A stretch of DNA of 64,000 nucleotides from the NCBI GenBank assembly GCA_964016885.1, contig OZ024744.1, positions 76,942,001 to 77,006,000 on the forward strand, written 5' to 3'. Positions 11,824 to 24,792 of the stretch are shown one piece after another (positions within the stretch are counted from its first letter, which is position 1; every line of letters starts with the position of its first letter). This stretch comes from Eledone cirrhosa (lineage: Eukaryota). The notes beneath the pieces were generated by a model. That model saw only the letters and a program-made list of their open reading frames with translations. It was not told the origin of the DNA and did not search any database. The translations under genes were made by a program, and so were the position numbers.

Positions 11824-12925
11824 AGGCCCATGACTATGTTAAACATAGAGTTTAACATTTTGGCCGAGGTGTTAACGACGAGGTTGGTGCTTGTTGTTGG
11901 TGATCTGGTAGGGGAGGGGAAAACTTGCGCCATTCCGAACAGATCCATCCACGACAACCCCTCCAGCCTCATGCGATACACCATAGAGAGGGAGGGGGGC
12001 TAAGGAACCTGACACACGAGGAGCTCTGATCAACTTTGATCAATCGAAGATTTCCGATAGAGTCGACCGTCGCTACCTAGCGGCACTCCTCAAGGCTTCG
12101 GGCCCGTTTTCAGAGGCTGGATCGCTGCAATGCACAGTGACATTTGTTCAGAGGTTAGTGTGAACGGTCCCCTATCGGAACCATGCAACATCATGTGTTC
12201 GGTCCGCCAAGGATGTCTTCTCTCGTCCCAATTGTATGCATTGGACTGTCGAGCCATTACTGCACAAATTAGAGGCGTTGAGGGGCGTCAAGTGTGAAAT
12301 AAGATGTGGAAGATTCGTGTCAGCATATGCTGATGACGTCACCGTAGTTATGTCGAGCAGCAAACATATTGAGTTGATCATCACCGCTGTCTAGAAATAC
12401 GAAGCGATATCAGGAGCAAAGATTAACCAGGTAAAGCGGTGGGCCTGCAGTTCGGTACTGGAGAGACAGGTCCAAGCCGTCCAACAAAGTGGTTTGGCGC
12501 TGGACGGACAGGTTTAAATTGCTCGGGGGTCTGCTTTAGTTCAGACCTCCAAATTGACAAAAACTGGATCGAGGTAACGAACAGGGTGGCCATTCTTATC
12601 CAGAAATGGATTTTGAGAGGAAGCTATCTCTGAAAGGTCACGCACAAGTGGCAAACGCGTACTTCGTGCCCGTCATCTGTGTGGTTGCTGTCAGCTAGAC
12701 ACATTTTTCTCCAGTTCGTTTCTTTAACGTAGCTGAGCCCTGAGTCAAGCGAAGACCGAGACGGGGCGCTTGAGAACTAGAATGACTTCAAGCACTCACA
12801 GCCCTCTGTCAATGTTTCAATGAGGGAGTAAGATCGTGGAAACTCCATCTTGGCGTTCTATAGAGGGTTAGTGGCGGATAAAAACGATTATGTTATTGGG
12901 AAGACTCTAGGCGTCGACCAAAATA
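11824..12925 (+). mobile_element. Old, degenerate Tx1/L1-type LINE ORF2 fragment
   Basis: Frameshifted RPMTMLNIEFNILAEVL, CAIPNRSIHDN, INFDQSKISDRVD, VSAYADDVTVV, FSSDLQIDKNW. Homologous to 30700-33185. Confidence 0.8.
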
Positions 12926-12933
12926 AGCACACA

Positions 12934-13003
<70 letters not shown>

Positions 13004-13236
13004 TATAAATATTTATAGACACACACACACACACATACACACACATGCACACATACACATACATACACACACACACACACAGATTGATACATATATATAG
13101 ATATGTATTTATACATATATATATTTATATATATAGATATATTTACATTATATATATATAGATATATTTAAATTATATATATATACACACATATTTATAC
13201 ATACATACACACACACACATATATGTATATAATATA

Positions 13237-13309
<73 letters not shown>

Positions 13310-13313
<4 letters not shown>

Positions 13314-13973
13314 ATCCTCTACGGAACTACCTTAGGAACTCACCCACGGACATACACTCAAAATATATTTTTTCCTACACTTCACCTACATCCACAACAC
13401 GTATAAACACCACACACACGTGCGTACCACCACATATTTACACACTCAGCCTCCGTAATCCTCTCCCCCCACCCATCTGACCCCTCCCCATCCACACACG
13501 CACACACACACCGACCTACACCCTACCCCACACACACCTTTTCCTGAACATGCAACCCCGTTCTTCCCCCAACCCTTGCTTTCACATACACACACACACG
13601 CGTACACCTACACACACACACACCACCTTCAGCCTTCCCCGCTCGGACACCCCGCCTCCCTCTCCCCACTCCACCCGCCACCACCCCTACACGCCCCACA
13701 CACTTCCCCCACTTGTTTTACTTCATGTTTATTTTTATTTTTATTATGCTTTTATATTTAATTTCATTTGTACCGTTTCCTCTCACCCCCTTTTTTCTAT
13801 ATGTCTCTCCCCCACTCACCCACACACCCTTGGAACTCTCTTCCCACACACTTTTCGCCTGAAGAAGGGCTTATGCCCGAAACGTCGTTCCCCACCACCA
13901 CCCCACTCTCAAGAACGTGAAACTAATAAACCTTTGTTCCTACTGCCTCTCTGTTTTGTTCCCGTTTAATTTT

Positions 13974-13975
<2 letters not shown>
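13310..13975 (+). mobile_element. PLE 3' UTR/pLTR with minimal HHR-like motif at 13857-13888
   Basis: CTGAAGA-A-GGGC-TTAT-GCCC-GAAACGTC, then GTGAAACTAATAAA, flanked by (TA)n. Related to the end of the GIY-YIG element at 58720-59740. Confidence 0.65.
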
Positions 13976-14030
<55 letters not shown>

Positions 14031-14327
14031 TGTATATATATATATATAAAAATATGTAATGATAAATAAGAAAATATGATAAACTCCGTATATAAACAAT
14101 ATCATAGAAGTTGAATTATTTTGTTTTCTCCGTACTTTCTTCCGTGGTTCTAACTTGGAAATTATGTCTGTGACACAGAAATATCTAATGACAAAGATAG
14201 TTATCATAAAATTATAGTCTAGACATATTATAACTCCTAGTCTCAAGAATCTCGGATCTCCAAAGAATCAAGCTGGGATAAAATCGGATTTTATAACAAC
14301 AGCAAGAGCAGCTGCAGTAACAACAAC

Positions 14328-14358
<31 letters not shown>

Positions 14359-14402
14359 ACAACAACAACAACAACAACAGCAACAACAACAACAATAATA
14401 AA

Positions 14403-14900
14403 GGTTTCTGATTTTAGCAATTTAAATCGGTCGCAATGCATTACTGGTACTTTATTTTATCGACCCCCGTAGGGATGGATGAAAGGCAAAGTTAACCTCG
14501 GCGAGATTTGAAACTCAGAACGTAAAGGGCCATAACTCTACGATAACAATGGTTTCTGATTTAGGTATAAGGCCAGGAATTTTGGGGGAAAGGAAAAGAG
14601 AGTTAAATCAACCTCAGTGCATTACTGGTACTTTATTTTATCGACCCTGTAAGGATGAAAAGCAAAGCTAATCTCGGCGAGATTTGCACTCAGAACGTAA
14701 AGGGCCGTAACTCTATAATAACAATGGTTTCTGAATGAGGCACAAGACCAGGAATTTTGGGGGAAAGGGAAACAGATTTAAATCGACCCCAGTGTATTAC
14801 TGGTACTTTATTTTATCGACCCTGTAAGGATGAAAGGAAAAACTAACCTCTGCCGGATTTGAACTTAGAACATAAAAGGCCGTACTGCAAAGCATGGTGT
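14403..14900 (-). mobile_element. Three head-to-tail SINE family 1 copies
   Basis: Core motif repeated three times, adjacent to (CAA)n. Confidence 0.85.
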
Positions 14901-15269
14901 TCAATCTTTAATATTTTTTTTCAAGAGGCGTTAAAGCGAATTCGCGTACTTCAAGTTCGCGTAAAAAGCGAACAGCCTGCATACTACTCTTGTTACATAG
15001 TCTGTACATTGTGATCAAGATTTATTCTGATGCTATTAACAAAACCATAGAAATTCCTTGTATTGGATAGAGGAAGCGGGTATAAAGTTATTGGTATTAT
15101 ATTCTCTCAAACTTTGCAGATAACAGGCCTTTAAAAAAAGAGCTGTCACTGAATACTAATTCGTATTCTGACTCCGGTAATGTTAGACGATTGCCAAAAG
15201 AGCATAAAACCAGTTCTACCAATCTGCCATATGAAAAGAGCGCGATTATAAATGTAAACAAACGACTGT

Positions 15270-16097
15270 CATCACCGATACGATCACAATCACCACCGCC
15301 GCCGCCACCACTGCTCCCCCCCCCCCTCCCCCATCACCCACCATCATCACCACCGCTATCTCCACCGCCGCCGCCTCCCACCACCACCCACCATCACCAC
15401 CGCTATCAACACCGCCACCCACCACCACCACCACCACCACCGCCGCCGCCACTGCTGCTTCCACCACCACCACCACCATCACCACTATCACCACCACCAC
15501 CACCACCACCACCACCACCACCACTATCACCACCACCACCACCACTACCACCACCGCCACTATCACCACCACCACTATCACCACCCCTCGCCAAGAGCAC
15601 CACCACCACTATCACTACCACAGCCGTCACCACCACCACCACCACTACCACCACCACTACCACCACCACCACCACCACTACTTCCTCCACCACCACCATC
15701 ACCACCACCATCACTATCACCACCGCCACCACTGCTTCCACCACCGCCACCTCTATCACCATCACTATCATCACCACCACCATCATCACTACCTCCACCA
15801 CTTTCACCACCACCACAACTACCACCCACCACCACTTTCACCACCACCACTATTACCACCACCACTACCACCACCACCACCACAAACACCACCACCACCA
15901 CTTTCACTACCACCACCACCACCACCACTACCACCACTACCACCACAACCACCACCACCACTACCACCACAACCACCACCACTACCACCACTACCACCAC
16001 CACCACCACCACCACCATCACAACTAGCACCATCACCATCACCATCACCACCACCACCATCACTATCACCAACACCATCACCACGACTATCACCATC
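15270..16097. repeat. (CCA)n-rich low-complexity tract
   Basis: Direct reading. It explains the polyP/T/H/V/G ORFs. Confidence 0.9.
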
Positions 16098-16204
16098 AGC
16101 CAGGGGTCATATATCTTCATATAAATCCAGTCTGACAAGAGATTACTTTACAATATATATAAATATATATATATATATAAATATATATATATATATTTAT
16201 ATAA

Positions 16205-16263
<59 letters not shown>

Positions 16264-16762
16264 GCTTGAAAGCAATCTGAAACCTCAGTTTGAGAAACAC
16301 CGTTTTGATTAAGGGAAATGAAAAAGCCAACCCCCCTCATGTTAAAAGTTATCAACAATAATCGCAAGAGACTATATGGACACATGCGATAATAATTATT
16401 GAGCAATCAATACTTGTCTTCTTTATACAGCTGCTATAACACTCTCAAAGAGCACATAGGATATGCCGATGCCTACTGTAAAGGTTCTTAATGAAGTTAC
16501 CTAACATGAGTAGTCCAAAGGGGGCTAACAAAGACCTTAGAGAGAGAGAGAACAAATGCCAACAACTTGTGAGGTACACTGTAATAAATTATGTGGTCGA
16601 CTCTCATTTTACTAAAGACCGATTAACTAAATAGTAGAAAACGCCAACCAAAATATATGGATTATACACTTCAAACTCTTGGGAATGGACTTCAAATTGT
16701 TGAGTGAAAAACTTCTTTACTGAAAATGACTACGTCAACAATATAACATTATTTGATTCTAA

Positions 16763-17430
16763 CGGCGGTGGATTGCCAGTATCGGTAGAGGGTCGGACGC
16801 CATACTTTGCAGCATAGAGTTATGGTCCTTTACGTTTTGAGTTCAAATCCCGTCGAGGTTAACTTTGCCTTTCATCCTTATGGGGTCGATAAAATAAAGT
16901 ACCAGTAATGCACTGGGGTCGATTTAAACGACTTTTCCCTTCTGCCCCAAAATTGCTGGCCTTGTGCCTGAAGTAGAAACAATTAAGGTGAATTTGCAGT
17001 ATCGGTAGAGCCTTGGACACCCTGATTTGTGGCATAGAGTTATAGCCCTTAAAAAGAAAACATGCTCTGAGTTCAAATCCCGTCGAGGTTAGCTTTGCTT
17101 TCGTCCTTACGGAGATAATAAAATAAAGTACGAGTCCCGCACTGAGGTCGATTTATTCGACTTTCCCCTCCTCTTCAAATTGCTGGCCTTGTGCCTAAAA
17201 TAGAAATAATTGTTATTATATAAGACCCTGCTTTGTGACATTGAATTACGACCCTTTATGGTCATAGAGTTATGAGCCTTTATGTTCTGAGTTCAAATCT
17301 CGCCGAGGTTAGCTTTGCCTTTCATCCTCACGGGGTCGATGAAATAAGTACTTGTCACTGACTGGGGTCGATTTAATAGACTTTCCCCCATCTCCCAAAA
17401 TTGCTGGCCTTGTGTCTAAATCAGAAACCA
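16763..17430 (+). mobile_element. Three tandem SINE family 1 copies (first is full length, about 220 bp)
   Basis: GGCGGTGGATTGCCAGTATCGG..GAGTTCAAATCC..core..GCCTTGTGCC..AGAAAC. Confidence 0.85.
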
Positions 17431-17752
17431 TATTTGATTCTAACCCACAAGTTTTAGGCGAGAAGCTGAAAAACAACTTACATCATTGTAAAAATAACAT
17501 TTTCTCAAGAATATTTTAATTTATCTTTAATCTAAGATCTGGAACAAAAAAAATAATTCCAACCATAATGAATGCATCGACTTGATAAGTGATGAGGGAA
17601 GTTATTTCGATGAAAACTGCGATAGATAACCCTCGGTGAAACCGTTTCTGTTCTTTAGTTGTAGACTTAATCCGTCGCCCTGTTTCACACCATCATTATA
17701 TGATCCGTTAAATGTCTTGAGCTCAGTCAACTCTATCGTAAATATTCAAGAT

Positions 17753-18077
17753 CAGAGGTTCTTACAGTGGGCGCTAACGCCACTCCGGGCGTCGTTGAGA
17801 GGATTCAGGGAGGGGCACTGGGACCTAAGGAGGTGGTAGAGATGATGTAATAGTATATCAAATATCAAATGATATATATTATATATATATATATATATAG
17901 TAAAATAAAAAATATATAATATTTATCTATACATAGTATATATTATATTATTTATTATATATTATTTATAATTTGCGAGTAGGCAGGTCTCTCTGGAAAT
18001 AAGATCGGAGGCGGGGGACAATGAGGATATTATGTGGTCATGAATGGGCGGGGGCCCAAAAAGTTTGAGAACCTTTG
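17753..18077. mobile_element. hAT-type MITE
   Basis: TIRs CAGAGGTTCT / AGAACCTTTG, with 8-bp TSD TTCAAGAT vs TTCTAGAT (7/8). Confidence 0.6.
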
Positions 18078-18463
18078 TTCTAGATAGATATCCGGGCTGA
18101 GAATAAGTTCTTCCTTTTATCATCTTCCTCCTGTGACTAAACCATTAAAAAAGAATACACCGACATTTATGTGTATTACTGGTACTTTATTTTATCGACC
18201 CCGTAAGGATGAAAGGCAAAGTTAAACTAGGCGGGATTTGAACTCAGATAATGAAGGGCCGCAACTCTATTCTGCAAAGCATGGCATTCGACCCTCTACC
18301 AATACTGCTAATCCACCGCCCTTCATAAAGATAATAATATAAACACACACACACATACACACCACACAAACACAAACACCCCACCTCCACCTCACCCCCA
18401 CCACCCCCCACACACACACACATATACATATCCATATGTGTGTTTACTATCAAATGAATTTCA

Positions 18464-18652
18464 TAAGAGGATCAGCTAAAAAGTTCATAGACTGACTACG
18501 AAGGAGTGAAATCTTACATGCATTAATTTCAACTCTTCTTATTAATAACTGCTTTGTTTTTTTCCAGGGACTATGTTGAAAAATACACCTCATTTGGTCA
18601 TTACATGAGAAAATCTGGGTCAGCTTATGAACTTTTCAGTCGACCCTCCTAT
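18464..18652. mobile_element. Mariner-like MITE (related copies near 45610-45856 and 46355-46560)
   Basis: Ends TAAGAGGATCAGCTAAAAAGTTCATAG / TTATGAACTTTTCAGTCGACCCTCCTA, with TA flanks. Confidence 0.5.
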
Positions 18653-18999
18653 ATAATTGCCCTTATTTAACTTAAGTACGTAGTTTATATTTTGTCATTC
18701 GTTGAGAGTATCTTCTTCAACTTATGAACATTTCAGTCTAAGAAACTTTCAGTCGAACCTTGTATATGAAGTAGAAGAGCACTCGGTATAACCAATATAG
18801 AGTTAATTTATATGATATTTATTTTACACTTGTAGAAATCTTGACAATCCATGTTAGTATAAGATTCTCTTGTGTCTTAGAAAGGTGATGAGCTGTCATG
18901 GCGAGTTTGATGATAAGGACTCGATAATTATTTAGCAACAAGTATCTTTAAATACTGTTCACTCAACAACAGCTATTAGATTAAATGTTGTCTTCCTGT

Positions 19000-19320
19000 T
19001 TCTTTTCCAACAACTACAGCCCCGGCGGACAGAATGGAGAAGGCGTTTCCCCGGCGGACGGAGAGGGAGACGTGCTGGAAGAGCCACTCCAACTCGCGAG
19101 GCTCACACCTGCGGCTGGCCAGCTCAGCGCCTATGGTGGTGAGTAAGGAGGTAGCCCTGGGCCCGAGGACACCAGACGTCTCCACTGCCAGGGGTACGAC
19201 TGCAAACCTGTCGGAGAGCGACCGGTATTTGAGGAGTTTGGCCCCCTCAGCTGGACGTGCAGCAGAACCTGGGTCAGTCGCAGACTGCACCAGGTTGCGG
19301 TTGCAGAAAGTGTCGGTGCA
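19000..19320 (-). mobile_element. CRE-type LINE 3' fragment (RLE domain)
   Basis: DTFCNRNL..PGSAARPAEGAKLLKYRSLSDRFAVVPLAVETSGVLG..WLFQHVSLSVRRGNA. Confidence 0.75.
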
Positions 19321-19412
19321 ATATTTTATCAGACACTTTGAACACTTTGAAACCAATTATAACTTGTATCCAAAAAGATTCTATAATAGTAATATACATA
19401 GATAAATACACA

Positions 19413-19546
<134 letters not shown>

Positions 19547-19612
19547 AGATCCCGGTGAAAGCAGCGATTCTTTCCTTAAACTTTAATCTGTACTAAAATA
19601 CACAGACACACT

Positions 19613-19643
<31 letters not shown>

Positions 19644-19644
19644 T

Positions 19645-20510
19645 TCTATTTAGTACGGCTGTTACTTAAATATATACATACTACTGTACGTCTGTATACA
19701 TATATGTATGTACGTGTACATACTTATATTAAAGTAACAGCCGTACTAAGAGTGGGAAATGAAATTTCGTTTCATTTTTTCCGTTTATCGTTTTCGGTGC
19801 ACCCGGCCGATTAACCCACTCGATATGCAAATTGGGCTACTCAGCCGTTAATATGCATAAGGTAAGTATATACGTTCAACAATCTGGCAGGAAGGTATAC
19901 GTTTCTGACGATAGCTAATAAGCTTGAAACTAGTACAGCGTTCCTTTGTCAGTGTTGAACAAACGAGCAACGATGGTTGCTGGACACTACGGCTTAATAC
20001 GGGATGTTTGTTTACAAACACACCGAGTATTATAATAAATGTTCGGTGAATCCATACGTACATATATATGTGTGTGCATGTATGTATATATATATATACA
20101 TACTACTGTACGTCTGTATACATATATGTATGTACGTGTACATACTTATATTTAAGTAACAGCCGTACTCAGAGTGAGAAATGAAATTTCGTTTCATTTT
20201 TTCCGTTTATCGTTTTCGGGGCACCCGGCTGATTAACCCACTCGATATGCAAATTGGGCTATTCAGACGTTAATATGCATAAGGTAAGTATATACGTTCA
20301 ACAATCTGGCAGGAAGGTATACGTTGCCGACGATAGCTAATAAGCTTGAAACTAGTACAACGTTTCTTTGTCAGTGTTGAACAAACGAGCAACGATGGTT
20401 GCTGGACACTACGGCTTAATACGGGATGTTTGTTTACAAACACACCGAGCATTATAATAAATGTTCGGTGAATCCATACGTACATATATATATGTGTGCA
20501 TGTATGTATA
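19645..20510 (+). mobile_element. Tandem dimer of a 422-bp non-coding retrozyme-like unit, one HHR per unit
   Basis: Exact 422-bp offset with HHRs at 19899-19941 and 20321-20363. A short inverted tip lies at about 19650-19668, and the flanks are (TA)n. Confidence 0.8.
20321..20363 (+). ncRNA. Type I hammerhead motif (also 19899-19941 on plus and 49433-49475 on minus)
   Basis: Consensus ACGTTG-CTGACGA-T-AGCT-AATA-AGCT-T-GAAAC-TA-GTA-CAACGT. This copy has CCGACGA, while the other two have CTGACGA. Confidence 0.75.
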
Positions 20511-20511
20511 T

Positions 20512-21064
20512 AACCCTTGTATCATAGACACCCTATATATTTCCAGGGGTACTTAGTACCTGTGGGGATATTATCTTCTTTTAATATTCTCCGTTATGTA
20601 GAGAACAAATCTGTTGTTCTATTTAGCTGCTATTTTTAGTGGCGAGGTAGACAATACGTCTATGTTTACTTCCGCTTCTACTACGGACTGGTTCACGCAT
20701 AGGTCAAATTTTCGGCCCCATTCGATCCTGTGCTAGCTGGCAGATGGCAATATATTTTGCCGTTCCTGGGACTTTTAGTCCTAGGAAAGGAAAATGCTTT
20801 CTGATGATCTAAACTTTTCCATTGGAGGTCCCTATGGATCTCCAATCTTTTGTGAAGTGAAACCGATCGGTAAAAGCAATTGGAATAGGTAAATATTTAA
20901 ATTATATTTTTTTATTTATTTTCAAAAATTGTTTGAATCTTGCTTGCTCCGCTTATCTCAATATTATAGTTCTGGTATGTCAAATTAATACCATAGAACA
21001 ACCCTTGTATCATAGACACCCTATATATTTCCAGGGGTACTAAGAACCTGTGGGGATGTTAACT

Positions 21065-21072
<8 letters not shown>
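20512..21072 (+). mobile_element. 488-bp non-coding unit with ~70-bp terminal redundancy and an internal HHR
   Basis: AACCCTTGTATCATAGACACC.. occurs at 20512 and 21000, with the HHR at 20795-20878. Confidence 0.7.
20795..20878 (+). ncRNA. Type I hammerhead motif with extended helix II
   Basis: TGCTTT-CTGATGA-TCTAA-ACTT..[ATTGGAGGTCC-CTAT-GGATCTCCAAT]..AAGT-GAAAC-CGATCG-GTA-AAAGCA, with a perfect 6-bp helix I. Confidence 0.7.
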
Positions 21073-21115
<43 letters not shown>

Positions 21116-21130
21116 TATATATATATATAA

Positions 21131-21983
21131 ATAATTGGTATATCTACCAACATATTTATACAGAAGTATACTTATGCTAGCAAGATATAGGTTTTGTCTT
21201 AGTAACTTTGTGGTTCAATACAAAAATGTAGAACAATTATATGAAAGACGTAAAATAAGAAAATTATAATAATTAACTTACTTAAGTTTCACTACTTAGT
21301 TTCTGAAAGGGGATATACATAGTGTTCAAAACCATGGAGAATTCCTTTCTTCATGAGAGAGTCAATTCTCGGCTAAGATCCCTGGCGATAGGCGGACACA
21401 GGGATCTCAAACAAAAATAATTCAGTGAATGGAAAAGAAGCAAGCGCGGACTAAATTTCAAGACACTGAAAATTTCACTACCTTCCCGGTCAGTGGCAAA
21501 TTCAAAAGAATCAATCACGTGTCATCGAGGTTAATCTGTGAGGAGTGGGGTGTTAAAAAGACAGTAGCCAAAATATTACTATGAATCATAATAGTAATTC
21601 AGGCAAATTTTTGCTCAACAAATAATTTGGAGATAATTATAAAGAATTAGTATATCTACCAACATATTTATACAGAAGTATACTTATGCTAGCAAGATAT
21701 AGGTTTTGTCTTAGTAACTTTGTGGTTCAATACAAAAATGTAGAACAATTATATGAAAGACATAAAATAAGAAAATTATAATAATTAACTTACTTACTTA
21801 AGTTTTTGTTTGAGATCCCTGTGTCCGCCTATCGCCAGGGATCTTAGCCGATAATTGACTCCCTGATGAAAAAAGGAATTTTCCATGGTTTTGAATACTA
21901 TGTATATCCCCTTTCAGAAACTAATTAGTTGGAGTGAAACTTAAGTAAGTAAGTTAATTATTATAATTTTCTTATTTTACGTC

Positions 21984-21990
<7 letters not shown>
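21131..21990. mobile_element. 512-bp unit as partial tandem plus inverted tip with HHR
   Basis: 21138-21283 repeats at 21650-21800, and about 21240-21417 is inverted at about 21790-21990. The HHR is at 21858-21935. Confidence 0.7.
21858..21935 (+). ncRNA. Type I hammerhead motif with long loop II
   Basis: ACTCC-CTGATGA-AAAAAGG..CCTTTCA-GAAAC-TAATTA-GTT-GGAGT. Helix I is a perfect 5 bp and loop III is palindromic. The inverted copy has GAAAGG, which pairs with CCTTTC. Confidence 0.65.
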
Positions 21991-22031
<41 letters not shown>

Positions 22032-22080
22032 GTATATATGTATATATATATATGTATATATATATATATGTATATATATG

Positions 22081-22171
<91 letters not shown>

Positions 22172-22447
22172 GGAGGTGAGTTTTATTGTAGTACAATAAA
22201 GCAATGCAGATATCGGATAAGAAGCATTCTACAGTTTGAAGGTTAAAAAACACTTGTGAATATATGTTGATTCAAAACTGCACTATTCACAAGTGTTTTT
22301 TAACCTTCATATCATGTCTGCCTATTTTATCTTATGAAAACACAAATATTATTGCATGATGATATTTGTTTTTGAAATGCGCATAATAAAATACATGGAA
22401 CTCTTTTAACCATCTTTTGATCTTATATATATATATATATATATATA

Positions 22448-22555
<108 letters not shown>

Positions 22556-22599
22556 AGTAAGTTATAGTTCGCTTGAAGCATTGTGTATTGAGGTATAAA

Positions 22600-24415
22600 C
22601 GTTTGTATTTGTAAAGCCAAAACAATGCAGGTATGGACATAGAATATAAATGCAAATGCAAAAGATATTGTTAACAATTAGTCTTTTACCTTAAATTTAT
22701 TTAAATGTCCTTAATTTTCGAGGTAATATCTCTTCTTCGGAGAGAAGTAAAGCGGTTAAACCAGTGTTCTAAATGGCTTGCCAAGTCATGCTGACAGGAA
22801 ATGGTATAGAGTATCTGTTCTATCTCTAATGTCAAAGAGTTAAGGTTAGGTGGATAAAAAGTAGTCTCCCTTTAAAAGGGGTTTTGTACATGTATGTTTA
22901 AGTGTGTGGGAGAATACGCAAGGTGTAAGTATGTGTGTGTGTGTGTGTGTGTGTGAGTGTGAGAAGATATGTCTATACGTAAATGTGGGGGATAGATGCT
23001 CTCTCGTGTTAGAACTGGTCTTTGTGTGTGTATGTGTGTGTGTGCGTGTGTGTGTGGGAGGGGGGTAAGTATGGGGCTAGATGCTCTATCAAGTTATAAA
23101 TTGGGTGTTGAGTTCTAGTCTATTATATGTTGTGTTTTGTCTATAATTAGTGCTTCTTTAATTCTAAGATTGTCGAGGTTTCTTTCCTTAGTTTCTATCC
23201 TAATTGTTATGGTTTTGTCGATGTTTTTGCATTTTACTAGGTGTTTCTTAAATGAGGAAGCGTTAGTATTGAGGTGTTCTTTTATTCTTATGTGAAGTAG
23301 TCTGGTGGTGCTACCTACGTAGAAGTTGCTGCATTTGTCGCACTCTAGTCTGTATACGACGTAAGCCTGGTGGCATCGGTCTGTGTCGTTGATGTGGCAG
23401 TTGGCTAGCCTGCAGCGGCTGTCATGTCTGGTGGAGTGTCTTTTGGTTAGCTGTCCGCGTAGAGAAGGTCCTGAGTGGGCTAGTTGGATATCTAGTCCCT
23501 CTCGTCTGATAGCTCTGCGGATGGGCTGTTGTTGTTTCATCACTGAAGTGTGGGAGCTTCAGGAAGCAAGTGTTAGTGCCTCGGGTGTGGTGTCCTCTGT
23601 TCTTTCTGGCACGGTTCGTGGTGGATGTCGGTATCCGTTCAGTTTGAGTACTTCCCAGAAATGTGTGGTCTGTGTGTCTCGGTCTCTAGCGTCGGTGCAT
23701 TTGTTCCGGATACGTGTAATTCGTTCCTTATGTATCCGAACTAAGCGCCGGCTGGGAGGGCCGATCTGAAATGTACGAACAGGTGCCTGCTGGCGGGTTT
23801 TTAAGAATTAAGGAAGCACTAATTATAGACAAAACACAACCACCAATCAATAATAGACTAGAACTCAACACCCAATTTATAACTTGATAGACCATCTAGC
23901 CCCATACTTACACACACACCCCGCCCACACCCACGCACATGCACACACACACACACATGCCCCTACACCTCCACTTATTCTCTCTCACACACACATACAC
24001 ACACAAAGACCAGTTCTAACACGAGAGAGCATCTATCCCCCACATTTACGTATAGACATATCTTCTCACACTCACACACACACACACATACTTACACCTT
24101 TCACGTATTCTCCCACACACTTAAACATACATATACAAAACCCCTTTTAAAGGGAGACTACTCTTTATCCACCTAACCTTAACTCTTTGACATTAGAGAT
24201 AAAACAGATACTCTATACCATTTCGTGTCAGCATGACTTGGCAAGCTATTTAGAACACTGGTTTAACCGCTTTACTTCCCTCCGGAGAAGAGTTATTATC
24301 TCGAAAATTAAGGACATTTAAATAAATTTAAGGTAAAAGACTAATTGTCAACAATATCCTTTTGCATTTGCATTTATATTCTATGTCCATACCTGCATTG
24401 TTTTGGCTTTATAAA
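22600..24415 (-). mobile_element. 5'-truncated Penelope-like element with inverted copy of its 3' end
   Basis: About 22600-23170 is inverted at about 23805-24415. It contains a GIY-YIG ORF and degenerate minimal HHRs at 22708-22744 (-) and 24278-24314 (+), and has (TA)n flanks. Confidence 0.85.
23115..23543 (-). pseudogene. PLE GIY-YIG endonuclease domain remnant
   Basis: C..C linker followed by VVYRLECDKCSNFYVGSTTRLLHIRIKEH..FKKH..LRIKEALII. Confidence 0.85.
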
Positions 24416-24479
24416 TATATATATATATATATATATTGGTAAACGGAAAAGAAAATGCTGACAAATTGTTCACAGTGAA

Positions 24480-24711
24480 AAATAGTTTAATTAGGAATAA
24501 GTAAAAATTAGTAATAGTACTGGTTAGTATTCAGTTTTGGTTTTAAGTTTTACCGGTTGCGCATTTCTAATGCTTTTCAAAAAACAATTTTGATCGGTCG
24601 GTAGAGGTCATGTGAATGTTAAAAATTGATTTTGCGCCAAATGTAGGTTTGTGTTGGCTGATTAAGAAGTCACTGAAAAATAAGTCTTTCAAAACAAATA
24701 TGTGTGTGTGT

Positions 24712-24792
<81 letters not shown>

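Noticed and set aside
15191-16138. Pro/Thr/His-rich 278-aa ORF resembling extensin or mucin
   Set aside because: Lies in a (CCA)n tract open in several frames on both strands, with no unique coding context.
22238-22308. 25-bp perfect inverted repeat hairpin
   Set aside because: No TSD, ribozyme core or second copy seen, so it cannot be assigned.
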